Shown: positions 28,223 to 37,601 of the stretch, one piece after another
How the letters are laid out: every line of letters starts with the position of its first letter
Position numbering within the stretch: the first letter of the stretch is position 1
IMG/VR virus record: IMGVR_UViG_3300007735_000926
Location: 5,683-69,682 of that record
Strand: one strand, 5' to 3'
DNA: 64,000 nucleotides
Source of the DNA: a virus
Taxonomy: Duplodnaviria; Heunggongvirae; Uroviricota; Caudoviricetes
Translations under genes and position numbers: made by a program
The notes under the pieces: model-generated
Databases searched by the model: none
Told to the model about the DNA's origin: nothing
The model's input: the letters and a program-made list of their open reading frames with translations, nothing else

Positions 28223-30406
28223 GTGGATACATTCGTAAGTAAAATATCATCCTGCAATGCTCGTGAATTCTCATATAATGATGAGAATTTCACTCTCAGT
28301 AAATTTGAAAGATATTATGATGGTGGATACAAATTCAATTTTTACAACGCATTCTCGAATATTAGAGATACCAAACATAAAAATTATAGTATTTTCTATC
28401 TAACGGATGAAATCAAACAGTCTGACGTAACTCCTAAAAACGATATCAACATAAAATCGGAAAAATCTCTGACATTCTTAAATTTTGGAGATGCTTATCT
28501 GAATTTTAATCTCAAAAGTAATTCTGTTTTGGGTTCATTGGGTATTTACACGAATTATGATTGCTATGGTGATTATACGTTCAGTAGTAACGTATCGGAC
28601 AATACGAATTTTATAATCGATCTTAAAGATTCAAATATCTGTAATATTTACAAAGTATTTGATTACAAAAAATACTATTTGACCCAAGATTCTGAAAACA
28701 CTGCCAATTTTTACACTCAAAAATTAGGATTATCGGGTATAGATTTTAATTATATTTATTCGAAATCCAATAACTCGATTTGTTTGTTTAGAAATGATGG
28801 ATCTTGTAAATTACTGAGTAAAATAGGTGATACATTGACGCTGGTGCCTTTCACGAGTGCCAATAAGATGCTGGCACCATTGAATAATATCAAAATTGAT
28901 AAAAATATCTATACCAATGTTGGAAATAATGATAATTTCACATTAGTTGGTTACGATGAAAGTAATTTGATTCCAGACAATCTCATAGAGAAAGATTTGT
29001 CTAATAATTTTCTCTTACATTCTGAAAATGATGATGTTGAGATTATTGTTTTGAAAAATCAATTGACTCAAGATGATATCTTTACATCGGGAAACACGTT
29101 GATATCCGCCAATAGTTCTCCTTTCTATATGAAAGAAATGAGGGCATATTCTTCGATTTTTAATGATATTGATAGTGAAAAAGACGAAAGTTTATCGTTG
29201 AATTATATTTTTTACAACAAACCATACATAATAAATAAGGGTAAGAATACAATCAAGGCACCAAATGATTTAAATCCTTTTACAAAAATCAATATAAACG
29301 ATACAAAATTTATCGAATCTGGTGCATTATCATACACAAATCCTGTTTATGCTGATAAAGTTTATAAATTAGACAATTCTCAAGGTTATAGTGATGGGCA
29401 GACTTATTTATGCACTTGGTTGTCCGGTTCACCTTTAGGTGATAATAAAGTCTGGGTGGATCGATATTATTACCCAGATCGTATTGAAAAGCAATCTGCT
29501 TTGGCTAGTAATTCAACTTTCAATGTTACTTACGCTGATTTAATTGAACAATTAGTTGAAGGGAACGATCTAATCAAACAAAGTTTATCGGCTTATTATG
29601 TTTTCGACAAGAAAAGTGATTTTATCATTGAACCAAATGATGTTTTCATATATGAGCGTTTGAATACGTTACCACCAATAAATTCAGCAGATGAAATCCA
29701 AATATGTGGAATAGAAAATTCTAATTATTTCGAAAAAATGAACAATGATGGTGTTTTTTCCATATTTTTCACATTTAGCGGCGATGAAAAAAATTGGTCA
29801 TTCGCCAGCAGACGCAACAATATAGATGGCGGTATAAATGTTGATAAGAATAGTGATAATATCACTTTTTCTTTGAAATTATACGATCCTAGCAATAAAA
29901 CAACCATCGTTTTTGAGGCTACGACACAATTGAAAAAATTAAAAATCAATACAGTGACAATATCCTTAGATTCTATCAATGGATCTGGTTATTTCAGCTT
30001 AAATGGGACAAATATTAAAGATTTCTCTTTTGATAAGTCACAATTTTTTGGCAAGAAGCTGCTTTTTGGTGATTTCGATCTAAATGACAACGTTGAAAAT
30101 TTCAAAATATATTCCAAATACTTAAATTTTGATGAATCATTGATATTACCTTATATCAATGGTTTACAGAATATCGACACTCTCGTCATTACCATTCCAT
30201 GTGGACAGAGAAACAGTGAAGATGAAATTGAATTGTTGCAATGTGTTTGTAACAATCAAACTTTCAAATCAAATCATATCGATGTTTTGATTAAAAATGT
30301 TGATGTCCCGAATGACATCAAAAATAATTTGATAAAAATTGTGCAGGATACATGTAAATCCTTCTCCCCTTTAACCACTGAAATAAATAAGATAGAATTT
30401 TATTGA
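28223..30406 (+). CDS. large structural protein, possible C-terminal LamG/lectin-like domain
   Basis: 727 aa; TAAATA-N5-GTG; beta-rich C-terminus (VENFKIYSKYL). Confidence 0.55.
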   Translation: MDTFVSKISSCNAREFSYNDENFTLSKFERYYDGGYKFNFYNAFSNIRDTKHKNYSIFYLTDEIKQSDVTPKNDINIKSEKSLTFLNFGDAYLNFNLKSNSVLGSLGIYTNYDCYGDYTFSSNVSDNTNFIIDLKDSNICNIYKVFDYKKYYLTQDSENTANFYTQKLGLSGIDFNYIYSKSNNSICLFRNDGSCKLLSKIGDTLTLVPFTSANKMLAPLNNIKIDKNIYTNVGNNDNFTLVGYDESNLIPDNLIEKDLSNNFLLHSENDDVEIIVLKNQLTQDDIFTSGNTLISANSSPFYMKEMRAYSSIFNDIDSEKDESLSLNYIFYNKPYIINKGKNTIKAPNDLNPFTKININDTKFIESGALSYTNPVYADKVYKLDNSQGYSDGQTYLCTWLSGSPLGDNKVWVDRYYYPDRIEKQSALASNSTFNVTYADLIEQLVEGNDLIKQSLSAYYVFDKKSDFIIEPNDVFIYERLNTLPPINSADEIQICGIENSNYFEKMNNDGVFSIFFTFSGDEKNWSFASRRNNIDGGINVDKNSDNITFSLKLYDPSNKTTIVFEATTQLKKLKINTVTISLDSINGSGYFSLNGTNIKDFSFDKSQFFGKKLLFGDFDLNDNVENFKIYSKYLNFDESLILPYINGLQNIDTLVITIPCGQRNSEDEIELLQCVCNNQTFKSNHIDVLIKNVDVPNDIKNNLIKIVQDTCKSFSPLTTEINKIEFY

Positions 30407-30409
30407 ATA

Positions 30410-32185
30410 ATGACAACATATTTTAAATACACAAATGGCGAATCTTTCACCTTAAACGGTATTGACTATTCGGGGTTTTTCAACATCCAGAATGCCGTCG
30501 CCTATACTGGTAAAATAAAGGATAATTTCTCCGAAGAATTAACACCCAAAAACAATTTTTTATCCGAATTTTATCTCAAGCAATTAGAATTCGATAATCA
30601 ATTCAATTCTATTGAAAAAATTATACCATATTTCACAAATTCTTTCGATATTTTAAATAAAAATGAATTAGATAAAATATTTGATAAAGTCAATATGAAC
30701 AATTTAATGGTTTTCAAATCATTGATTATCAGTGATCCTAGAATTATTGATTTTGATGAAAATGATTGCCATTTTTATGGATTATCCTCCACAAATAGAG
30801 ATACGAGAAACGATGACATCATGATGGGTAAAAATGTTGTCACCCATATCGATAATTTCAACTATTCTGATGAATGGGCATTCCTAGAAAATGTTAAATA
30901 TGGAGATTTCATCGTAAAATCAGACCAGAATTTCAAATATCTCTGCTCTACTGGTAAAGATTTAATAACTATAAATGGATCATTTGATGATATGTCGTTG
31001 CTGACATATAATATCAACGATTTGGAATTTGGTGAAGAAATCTATGGTATATATTACGATGAATCTGAAAATAAAATCAATGTAATCACCAATGGAGTCA
31101 TCAACATTTATGAAGGTTTGAATTATATCGAATGTGAAACCTTAATTTTAGTTGATAGCATCAAAATAGGTGATGTCGATACTGTATCTTTGAAATGGAG
31201 CACTAAGAAAAAATTTGAAGAGACATTTGGCGTATTTCAAGATAGATTTTATAATATAAATTCAAATAATGTGAGATTCATGAAATATGGCGATAATATG
31301 AGAACAATTATCAACAATAATGTGTTATATTTCTGGAATAAGAAATTTTCGACATTACTCACAACAATGAATCTAGCCGAATATGGTATAGAGAATGTCA
31401 CAGCAATAGATATCAGAAATGTTGATGATTTCGTGATCATTTTACACTTAAAAAATGGTGTTTATTCAATAGCAACTTTCGATCCATATGCGATATCAAC
31501 AACATTTATCAATTGTGAGATAAACGACTTAAGTGAAAATCAATATGATGTCATCTTTTCAACTTATGATTCGAATATCTTCTACATAAGAAGTGTTGAC
31601 AACATTGAAACAAGATTTATCTCAAATCCACGTAACACTGCTGGTAATTTTAAAAAATTCAGTTTAAAATATCCACCAGATTATCTTTTCAACAACACAT
31701 ATCATAAATTTGGAGATACTCCAATTAAATGGAATACTAATAGAATGAATTCTAATAATTTCCATAACATCATCTTTAATGAGATTACAAAAAGTAACAA
31801 AAATTATACTCTATTACACAATTCGGGTAGATTGTATGCGCTCAAACAACCAATTATGAACAACAGATACGCATCAATTAATGATAGTATCACCAAATAT
31901 TTTACGAATGTTTCATGTGGTGAGCACTCTTTTGGCATATTTTTCAATAAAAATGTATTGGATATATTGAAAGATACATTGACTCTTTATACAAAAGCAT
32001 CTAATTCTTACAATTTCAAAAAAGATGATGTTTTGTTGAATAGTATCAAAAAAATCGATTATGATTTGAAAAATCTGAGAATAAATGGGAATGAAAGTAT
32101 CAACACTACAACGATGCAGCGTATTTTTACATTGATAACGGAGATTCAGCAAAAATTAATTTCCAATTTGATCACTTCTGAATAA
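30410..32185 (+). CDS. large structural protein
   Basis: 591 aa; operon context; KYTNGESFTLNGIDYSGFF N-terminus. Confidence 0.55.
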   Translation: MTTYFKYTNGESFTLNGIDYSGFFNIQNAVAYTGKIKDNFSEELTPKNNFLSEFYLKQLEFDNQFNSIEKIIPYFTNSFDILNKNELDKIFDKVNMNNLMVFKSLIISDPRIIDFDENDCHFYGLSSTNRDTRNDDIMMGKNVVTHIDNFNYSDEWAFLENVKYGDFIVKSDQNFKYLCSTGKDLITINGSFDDMSLLTYNINDLEFGEEIYGIYYDESENKINVITNGVINIYEGLNYIECETLILVDSIKIGDVDTVSLKWSTKKKFEETFGVFQDRFYNINSNNVRFMKYGDNMRTIINNNVLYFWNKKFSTLLTTMNLAEYGIENVTAIDIRNVDDFVIILHLKNGVYSIATFDPYAISTTFINCEINDLSENQYDVIFSTYDSNIFYIRSVDNIETRFISNPRNTAGNFKKFSLKYPPDYLFNNTYHKFGDTPIKWNTNRMNSNNFHNIIFNEITKSNKNYTLLHNSGRLYALKQPIMNNRYASINDSITKYFTNVSCGEHSFGIFFNKNVLDILKDTLTLYTKASNSYNFKKDDVLLNSIKKIDYDLKNLRINGNESINTTTMQRIFTLITEIQQKLISNLITSE

Positions 32186-32193
32186 ATAATAGT

Positions 32194-32856
32194 ATGTTAC
32201 CTGATCTCACTGACCAATTTATAGCAGATTCATACGCTGGGATAATTCACACTTCGAATGTTCCGGTTTCTCAAAGTAATTCAACCCAAGTTTATGATGG
32301 TAAGGGGAATAAAACAAGCATGAAAATAGGTGCCGAAGGTAATGGCGCATCATTTTCTGGAACAGTATCTGTCGATGAGTTGAGTATCGACGGTTATTCT
32401 ACCTTGATCAATTATCTTTATCCTATCGGCTCTGTGTATTTCAGTGCAACGAACACTAATCCATCATCTAGGTTTAAAAATACAATCTGGGAACAAATTA
32501 CACAAGGACAATTCATCGTATCTGTTGGTACTGGAGTAGATGAAAATAGCAATACTAAAACATTCAATCCTTTAGAGAACAAAGGATCATATTCCAAAAC
32601 TCTTGATACTTCAAATCTCCCATCCCATTCTCACTATGTTTCAAGTGATAGCGTTGTCGTAGCAAACTCTGCAAATGCTTTAACATCTGGTAATGTTCTC
32701 GCAGTCGGTGGAGCGGTATCTCTCGATCAAGCTTACATGCTCAAAGGAAGCACTGGAAATGCCACTATCGGTAAAACCTCATCAATCGGAGGAGGGGCAC
32801 CGATAGCAATAACACCACCATCTTTCGGTCTTTATGTTTGGAAAAGAACATCTTAA
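32194..32856 (+). CDS. baseplate / short fibre protein with collar-like domain
   Basis: YPIGSVYFS...NPS..F...WEQI..G, NLPSHSH, PPSFGLYVWKRT. Confidence 0.8.
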   Translation: MLPDLTDQFIADSYAGIIHTSNVPVSQSNSTQVYDGKGNKTSMKIGAEGNGASFSGTVSVDELSIDGYSTLINYLYPIGSVYFSATNTNPSSRFKNTIWEQITQGQFIVSVGTGVDENSNTKTFNPLENKGSYSKTLDTSNLPSHSHYVSSDSVVVANSANALTSGNVLAVGGAVSLDQAYMLKGSTGNATIGKTSSIGGGAPIAITPPSFGLYVWKRTS

Positions 32857-32859
32857 AAT

Positions 32860-33951
32860 ATGGCAAATATTCAAATTTCAAAATTAAAATTTCGCAGGGG
32901 CACCAATGCTCAAAGATTGGCTATACGTTTAGACCAAGGCGAACCGGGATATACTACTGATACAAATCGTTTATATATTGGTAATGGGGTATTGAGTGGT
33001 GGTGTGTCGGTGACGACTAAAAACCACACACCTTTGACTAATTATTATAGCTTATCAGATACTTACTCAGAGATAGGTGATATTGTATCTATTGATAATA
33101 TTTGGTATCAATTGACAGCAAATCCTTACACTGATCTTACAAAATGGGGAAAAATTGCGACCAAAATATCACAAGAATTTGAATATGATTCGTCGTCTAC
33201 TATCAATTTAAAATTGAGTGGGGTATCAGTATCGAAAATAAACCCCAATACTGTCAATAATGGTTTATATATCAATGATAATAAATTGCAAATTAATTAC
33301 AATCCATCATTTTTTAGCCTTTCGGCAAATAAATTTTCATTGAATTTGGGTTCTATTACCACTAGAGAATTACTTTCATCTTCTTTTGGAAATGGATTGA
33401 GTGGGGGTAATGGTAATACCGTATCTCTCAACGTTGATCCTGCTAGTTTTACTTTTTCTAATGGAGCTTTATCAGCAAATTATTCGTCAATATACAATTC
33501 AATAAGTTCATATGGTGGCAAAACCACTTTTTACACACCTGCCGCCAATACGAATATTTTATTGACACTCCAAGCAAAAGTTGGAGATGTATCAACTGTG
33601 GATGGTGTTTTATACCAAGCTACAAATGCTTCCACTAATTTGTCATCGGCATGGACCGATATTAGCGATAAGAAAGCAGTTCAGAGATCAGTATTTACAA
33701 CACTCACAGGTAACTCAACATTAAACGGAACGAATACTTTATCATCCATCTTTAATGGCACTCCCGCACACAATATTACAGGTGCTATTCCGGGCCTTAA
33801 ATTGACAAATTTTGAAGCAATATCATCAAATGGTGTTAGCACAGTAACTATAACATTAACATCTGCTGGATTTTTGGCTTATGAAGGCGATTTCACTTCG
33901 AAAACAGGACAACCATTCGGTAGATTTGCGATACCAATCTTTGCATATTAA
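32860..33951 (+). CDS. tail fibre-type protein with Mtd/hyaluronidase-like N-terminal domain
   Basis: KFRRGT...LDQGEPGYTTDTNRLYIGNG. Confidence 0.75.
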   Translation: MANIQISKLKFRRGTNAQRLAIRLDQGEPGYTTDTNRLYIGNGVLSGGVSVTTKNHTPLTNYYSLSDTYSEIGDIVSIDNIWYQLTANPYTDLTKWGKIATKISQEFEYDSSSTINLKLSGVSVSKINPNTVNNGLYINDNKLQINYNPSFFSLSANKFSLNLGSITTRELLSSSFGNGLSGGNGNTVSLNVDPASFTFSNGALSANYSSIYNSISSYGGKTTFYTPAANTNILLTLQAKVGDVSTVDGVLYQATNASTNLSSAWTDISDKKAVQRSVFTTLTGNSTLNGTNTLSSIFNGTPAHNITGAIPGLKLTNFEAISSNGVSTVTITLTSAGFLAYEGDFTSKTGQPFGRFAIPIFAY

Positions 33952-33953
33952 TT

Positions 33954-34421
33954 ATGAGCGTAGAAATATTCAACAACACCCTATTAAAAATTTTATTCCG
34001 TCAAGGAAATAATAATGAACGTCTGAATGTAGTCTTCAATTCAGGAGAACCTGCTTTCACTACAGATACTCGTCGTTTATTCATCGGTGATGGTGTAACG
34101 ATTGGTGGTGTTCTCGCTGGCAATCTGTTTAAAGGCAGTGTGACAAATATCACCAGTGTTGCTCCAGCAGAAATTGGTGATACTGTTTACAACAGCGATA
34201 CTAAGATATTATATCGATTGAAGACTGGCAGCGGATCAGCTATTAGTGATTGGGAAGCTATTGGTGGTAAAGGAATTGATAGTAACGTGCAAATAGCTAA
34301 TGGTGGTAGCACCATAACAAATTTAGTTAGCACTAATAAGACCACTTGGTCAACTCTATCCGCTAATAAAGATCCAAACACATTTTATATAGTGACTGAT
34401 AATAATTACATCATATATTAA
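33954..34421 (+). CDS. short fibre-type protein, paralogous N-terminal domain
   Basis: FRQG...GEPAFTTDTRRLFIGDG...GG; KDPNTFYIV C-terminus. Confidence 0.75.
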   Translation: MSVEIFNNTLLKILFRQGNNNERLNVVFNSGEPAFTTDTRRLFIGDGVTIGGVLAGNLFKGSVTNITSVAPAEIGDTVYNSDTKILYRLKTGSGSAISDWEAIGGKGIDSNVQIANGGSTITNLVSTNKTTWSTLSANKDPNTFYIVTDNNYIIY

Positions 34422-34446
34422 AATATATTGAATAATAGATGAGATA

Positions 34447-34980
34447 ATGCCTACGGAAACACCATCCACTACGGAAACACCATCCACTACGGAAACACCA
34501 TCCACTACGGAAACACCATCCACTACGGAAACACCATCCACTACGGAAACTACGTCCACTACACCCACTACATCAACTACGTCTACTACGTCCACTACAC
34601 CCACTACATCAACTACGTCCACTACGCCCACTACATCAACTACGTCCACTACATCAACTACGTCCACTACATCAACTACATCTACTACCACTAGCACTAC
34701 AACTTCTTCACCGTCTACCACAGAAACACAAAATTGTTGTGTCCCTGCTCCAGAAATTATAGCAGATTTTCCACCAATCTTGCAAGCATTTACCACTTTT
34801 CAAGTTTCTAAGTTAAAATCATCCATTACTTTTCCAACTACTTCTAATCCTTTAAATTTCGGAATAACAACCAGCACTACTACCACAACTACTACCACAA
34901 CTACTACTACGACCACTCTTGCTCCCACAATTCCAATTATAAAATGTGTGGATAATACTTGTAATAAGCTAGGGTTTTGA
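34447..34980 (+). CDS. mucin-like Thr/Ser/Pro-rich protein
   Basis: (TETPST)x5, (TTS)n and poly-Thr tracts; Cys pairs NCCVP and KCVDNTC. Confidence 0.75.
   Translation: MPTETPSTTETPSTTETPSTTETPSTTETPSTTETTSTTPTTSTTSTTSTTPTTSTTSTTPTTSTTSTTSTTSTTSTTSTTTSTTTSSPSTTETQNCCVPAPEIIADFPPILQAFTTFQVSKLKSSITFPTTSNPLNFGITTSTTTTTTTTTTTTTTLAPTIPIIKCVDNTCNKLGF
34451..34700 (+). repeat. 18-bp perfect tandem repeat (5.5 copies) followed by degenerate 9-bp repeats
   Basis: ctacggaaacaccatcca at 34451-34550; ccactacat/caactacgt units follow. Confidence 0.9.
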
Positions 34981-34991
34981 TAATTATTTTC

Positions 34992-35831
34992 ATGCGTAAA
35001 TTAACAATTGGAATGGCGACACATGATGATTATGATGGTGTGTATTTTTCGATACAAGCTATTAGAATGTATCATCCTGAAGTGTTGGATGATATTGAAT
35101 TTGTTATCGTTGACAACAACCCCGAATCAAATCACGGTAAAGCAATCAGAGATTTGACGAATTGGATTAAAGAACCTTTTCAATATCTACCATTCACCAA
35201 ATACAAATCAACTAGCATAAAAAATAAAGTATTCGAATTGGCGGATACCCCTTATGTTTTATGTATTGATTCCCACGTTTTTTTAGAAAAGGGATCATTG
35301 AAAAAATTGATAGATTTTTATGATGAAGGATTAGATGATGGTAATCTATTACAGGGACCAATCATCTACGATGATATGAAAAATTATTCAACACATTTCG
35401 ATTTTACATGGAGTGGTCATATGTGGGGCACTTGGCAAACAGATGACAGAGGTTTGAATAAAGATAATGATCCTTTTGAAATACCGTCTCAAGGTATGGG
35501 CGTATTTTCATGTAGAAAGGATTCTTGGTTGGGTTTCAACAAAGAATTTCGAGGATTTGGAGGTGAAGAAGGATACATCCATAAAAAATATATAAAACAT
35601 GGTAAAAGAACATTGTGTTTACCATTTTTACGATGGTTGCATCGTTTCAATAGACCAAACGGTGTAACGTATCCAAATAAGTTCGAAGAAAGATTTCGTA
35701 ATTATATGATAGGTTTCCATGAATTAAATCTTCCGACAAAAGAATTGAAAGAAAATTTCAAAGACGTTTTATCGGAAGATAAGCAAACGGAAATTGAGAA
35801 AAATGTTTTGGAATTATTAAATAATTCCTAA
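34992..35831 (+). CDS. glycosyltransferase family 2 (GT-A)
   Basis: LTIGMAT, EFVIVDNNP, VLCIDSH, GFGGEE, WLHRF; start reset to MRKLTIG. Confidence 0.85.
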   Translation: MRKLTIGMATHDDYDGVYFSIQAIRMYHPEVLDDIEFVIVDNNPESNHGKAIRDLTNWIKEPFQYLPFTKYKSTSIKNKVFELADTPYVLCIDSHVFLEKGSLKKLIDFYDEGLDDGNLLQGPIIYDDMKNYSTHFDFTWSGHMWGTWQTDDRGLNKDNDPFEIPSQGMGVFSCRKDSWLGFNKEFRGFGGEEGYIHKKYIKHGKRTLCLPFLRWLHRFNRPNGVTYPNKFEERFRNYMIGFHELNLPTKELKENFKDVLSEDKQTEIEKNVLELLNNS

Positions 35832-36044
35832 ATCATATTCATATTGAACATCAGATAGCATCGCATGATATCGTTCATCTATGTATTTTTCGATAGCTAG
35901 TGGCTTTATCATGTTTATAGGGTCTATGCCAAATTCTTTAGCTTTATCATCAATGAATAAATAAGCTTCTACTAAGCAAGCCCATCTAGCGAATTCGGTT
36001 AATGTCATTTTGACATCTCCTTTTTTAGTTTCTATCTTTATCAT
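35817..36044 (-). CDS. hypothetical protein
   Basis: 75 aa ORF convergent with the GT2 gene. Confidence 0.6.
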   Translation of the reverse strand: MIKIETKKGDVKMTLTEFARWACLVEAYLFIDDKAKEFGIDPINMIKPLAIEKYIDERYHAMLSDVQYEYDLGII

Positions 36045-36546
36045 CTGTATTTTGTTTAATTAATTTATCAATGTTGAGATCTTCCAATGGTTCTGTGATC
36101 AATACAGATTCCAATTTAAGGGTTATGGCGTATTTATTGTTACAGTGGTCACATTCGACAATAAATTCTTCCATTGGTTTAAAAATGCCATCGAACATGT
36201 TATTACCACAATTACAGGGGAATTTGACAGATGCCTCGTCCAGCAATCCTTCATAATTTTTAATAACATCTTCCTGTTCTGTGATCACAGCGTCCGATTC
36301 TTGAATCATATTTTCAAGTATTTGAACTCGCTCGTCAATTTCTTTTTTATTTAAGAGACCTTCTAATTCTTCCACTCGTTTATCAGTCTTATTTCTATTT
36401 TCAAGCCAGTAATTGATTACTGCGCATCCCAAACCAGCCATTACAAAGGTCTTGGAAAATCGACTCAAATCATTCGATACCCCATAAGCGATAACAATTG
36501 ATACTGCTGCGCTCAATAATATTTTTTTAATTACTTCTTTTTTCAT
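36025..36546 (-). CDS. membrane-anchored coiled-coil protein with C-terminal Zn-ribbon-like motif
   Basis: Two N-terminal hydrophobic segments; CNC...CDHC. Confidence 0.65.
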   Translation of the reverse strand: MKKEVIKKILLSAAVSIVIAYGVSNDLSRFSKTFVMAGLGCAVINYWLENRNKTDKRVEELEGLLNKKEIDERVQILENMIQESDAVITEQEDVIKNYEGLLDEASVKFPCNCGNNMFDGIFKPMEEFIVECDHCNNKYAITLKLESVLITEPLEDLNIDKLIKQNTDDKDRN

Positions 36547-36579
36547 ATTTTTTTTAATTTTACCACTTTCGAATTATTA

Positions 36580-36771
36580 TCAATTCAAATTGGATTTGTC
36601 TCTGAATAGAGTATCAATTTTTTCCAAATTGTCGATAATTTGTTCCTCCGACATTGAAATATTTCTCGCAATATAAATTTTATTGCAAATATCTTTGAGA
36701 ATCAACAGCTGTTGTAACGATGGATAGCCGTTGATGTGATTTAATTTTGTTTTGTCGGGAATTTCAAACAT
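36580..36771 (-). CDS. small hypothetical protein
   Basis: 63 aa; preceded by TTGGCA-N17-CATAAT-N6-ATG. Confidence 0.6.
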   Translation of the reverse strand: MFEIPDKTKLNHINGYPSLQQLLILKDICNKIYIARNISMSEEQIIDNLEKIDTLFRDKSNLN

Positions 36772-36806
36772 GACCCGATTATGGTCTAGTTTTTATTCAT
36801 TGCCAA
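36772..36806 (-). promoter_or_regulatory. sigma70-like promoter, leaderless
   Basis: TTGGCA-N17-CATAAT-N6-ATG. Confidence 0.5.
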
Positions 36807-37146
36807 TGGTATATTTCGACAATGTTTTGTCACCATTTTTCATCAAATACATTACAATTTGTTCAAGATTGCCTTTCAACTTGATTAAATCGCCATTTTT
36901 TTGATATTTTTCCATTTTGATAATATTCTCCAGCTTCGAAGACGCTTCAAATGCATTATCCACAATATTGGCCAAATTTTGAGGCAATTCTCCAAATTCA
37001 AAAGGAAGAGTATTTGGTGCGTCTGCCAATTTTTCATCTGTTTTATATTTTCTCATCTGCTGTGATGGATTCAACGAATTTTCAAAGTCGAAATCAATAG
37101 CACCGGATGCGATTGCTGTGGAATAGGGAGAATTAGAAGCTGACAT
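36793..37146 (-). CDS. hypothetical protein
   Basis: 117 aa; late box 8 nt upstream. Confidence 0.65.
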   Translation of the reverse strand: MSASNSPYSTAIASGAIDFDFENSLNPSQQMRKYKTDEKLADAPNTLPFEFGELPQNLANIVDNAFEASSKLENIIKMEKYQKNGDLIKLKGNLEQIVMYLMKNGDKTLSKYTIGNE

Positions 37147-37182
37147 ATATAGATTATTTAACCATTTACGCTAAATAATAAT
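37147..37182. promoter_or_regulatory. divergent late promoter boxes
   Basis: TATTTA at 37155-37160 and TAAATA at 37172-37177. Confidence 0.65.
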
Positions 37183-37593
37183 ATGCGAAACAAATTTCAA
37201 GCCAAATTCCTTAAATTACTCAGAGAAGCACCCGAACTAGATTTCGATCCTGCTGCCGAAGAAGATGCAGCTGCTGGACAATTGGATGATGGCATCAATC
37301 TCGATGAATATGGCGTGGATACAGAAGCAGATCCAGATGTTATGGCTACCATGGATGATGGTGGAGATTCGCAGAATCAGCAGATGATCTCAACTGTTAA
37401 TGGTTGGAAGCAAAATCTTCAAAAAATTGATTCATATCTTAGGGATAATGTGTTGGCATCCATTTCACAAGCACGTAACAATACTATCATTGGAGATTTA
37501 ACAGGTGAATTGAATGCAATTGAAAGAATTCTTAATAATATTAGCGAATTCAATAATGCTATTGATATGTCAGTCGCCCAAAAGCGTGACTAA
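37183..37593 (+). CDS. acidic hypothetical late protein, candidate head-internal protein
   Basis: MRNKFQAKFLKLLREA N-terminus; TAAATA-N5-ATG. Confidence 0.7.
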   Translation: MRNKFQAKFLKLLREAPELDFDPAAEEDAAAGQLDDGINLDEYGVDTEADPDVMATMDDGGDSQNQQMISTVNGWKQNLQKIDSYLRDNVLASISQARNNTIIGDLTGELNAIERILNNISEFNNAIDMSVAQKRD

Positions 37594-37601
37594 GTAATTG
37601 A

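Noticed and set aside
32860-34421. Diversity-generating retroelement suggested by Mtd-like N-terminal domains
   Set aside because: No reverse transcriptase and no template/variable repeat pair seen in the window; this N-terminal domain is a common fibre attachment module.
34356-34796. Antisense Val/Asp-repeat ORF
   Set aside because: Mirror of the Thr-repeat gene on the plus strand, which fits the operon direction.
35817-36044. Possible gp33 late co-activator
   Set aside because: Only a vague GIDP resemblance; insufficient without a profile search.
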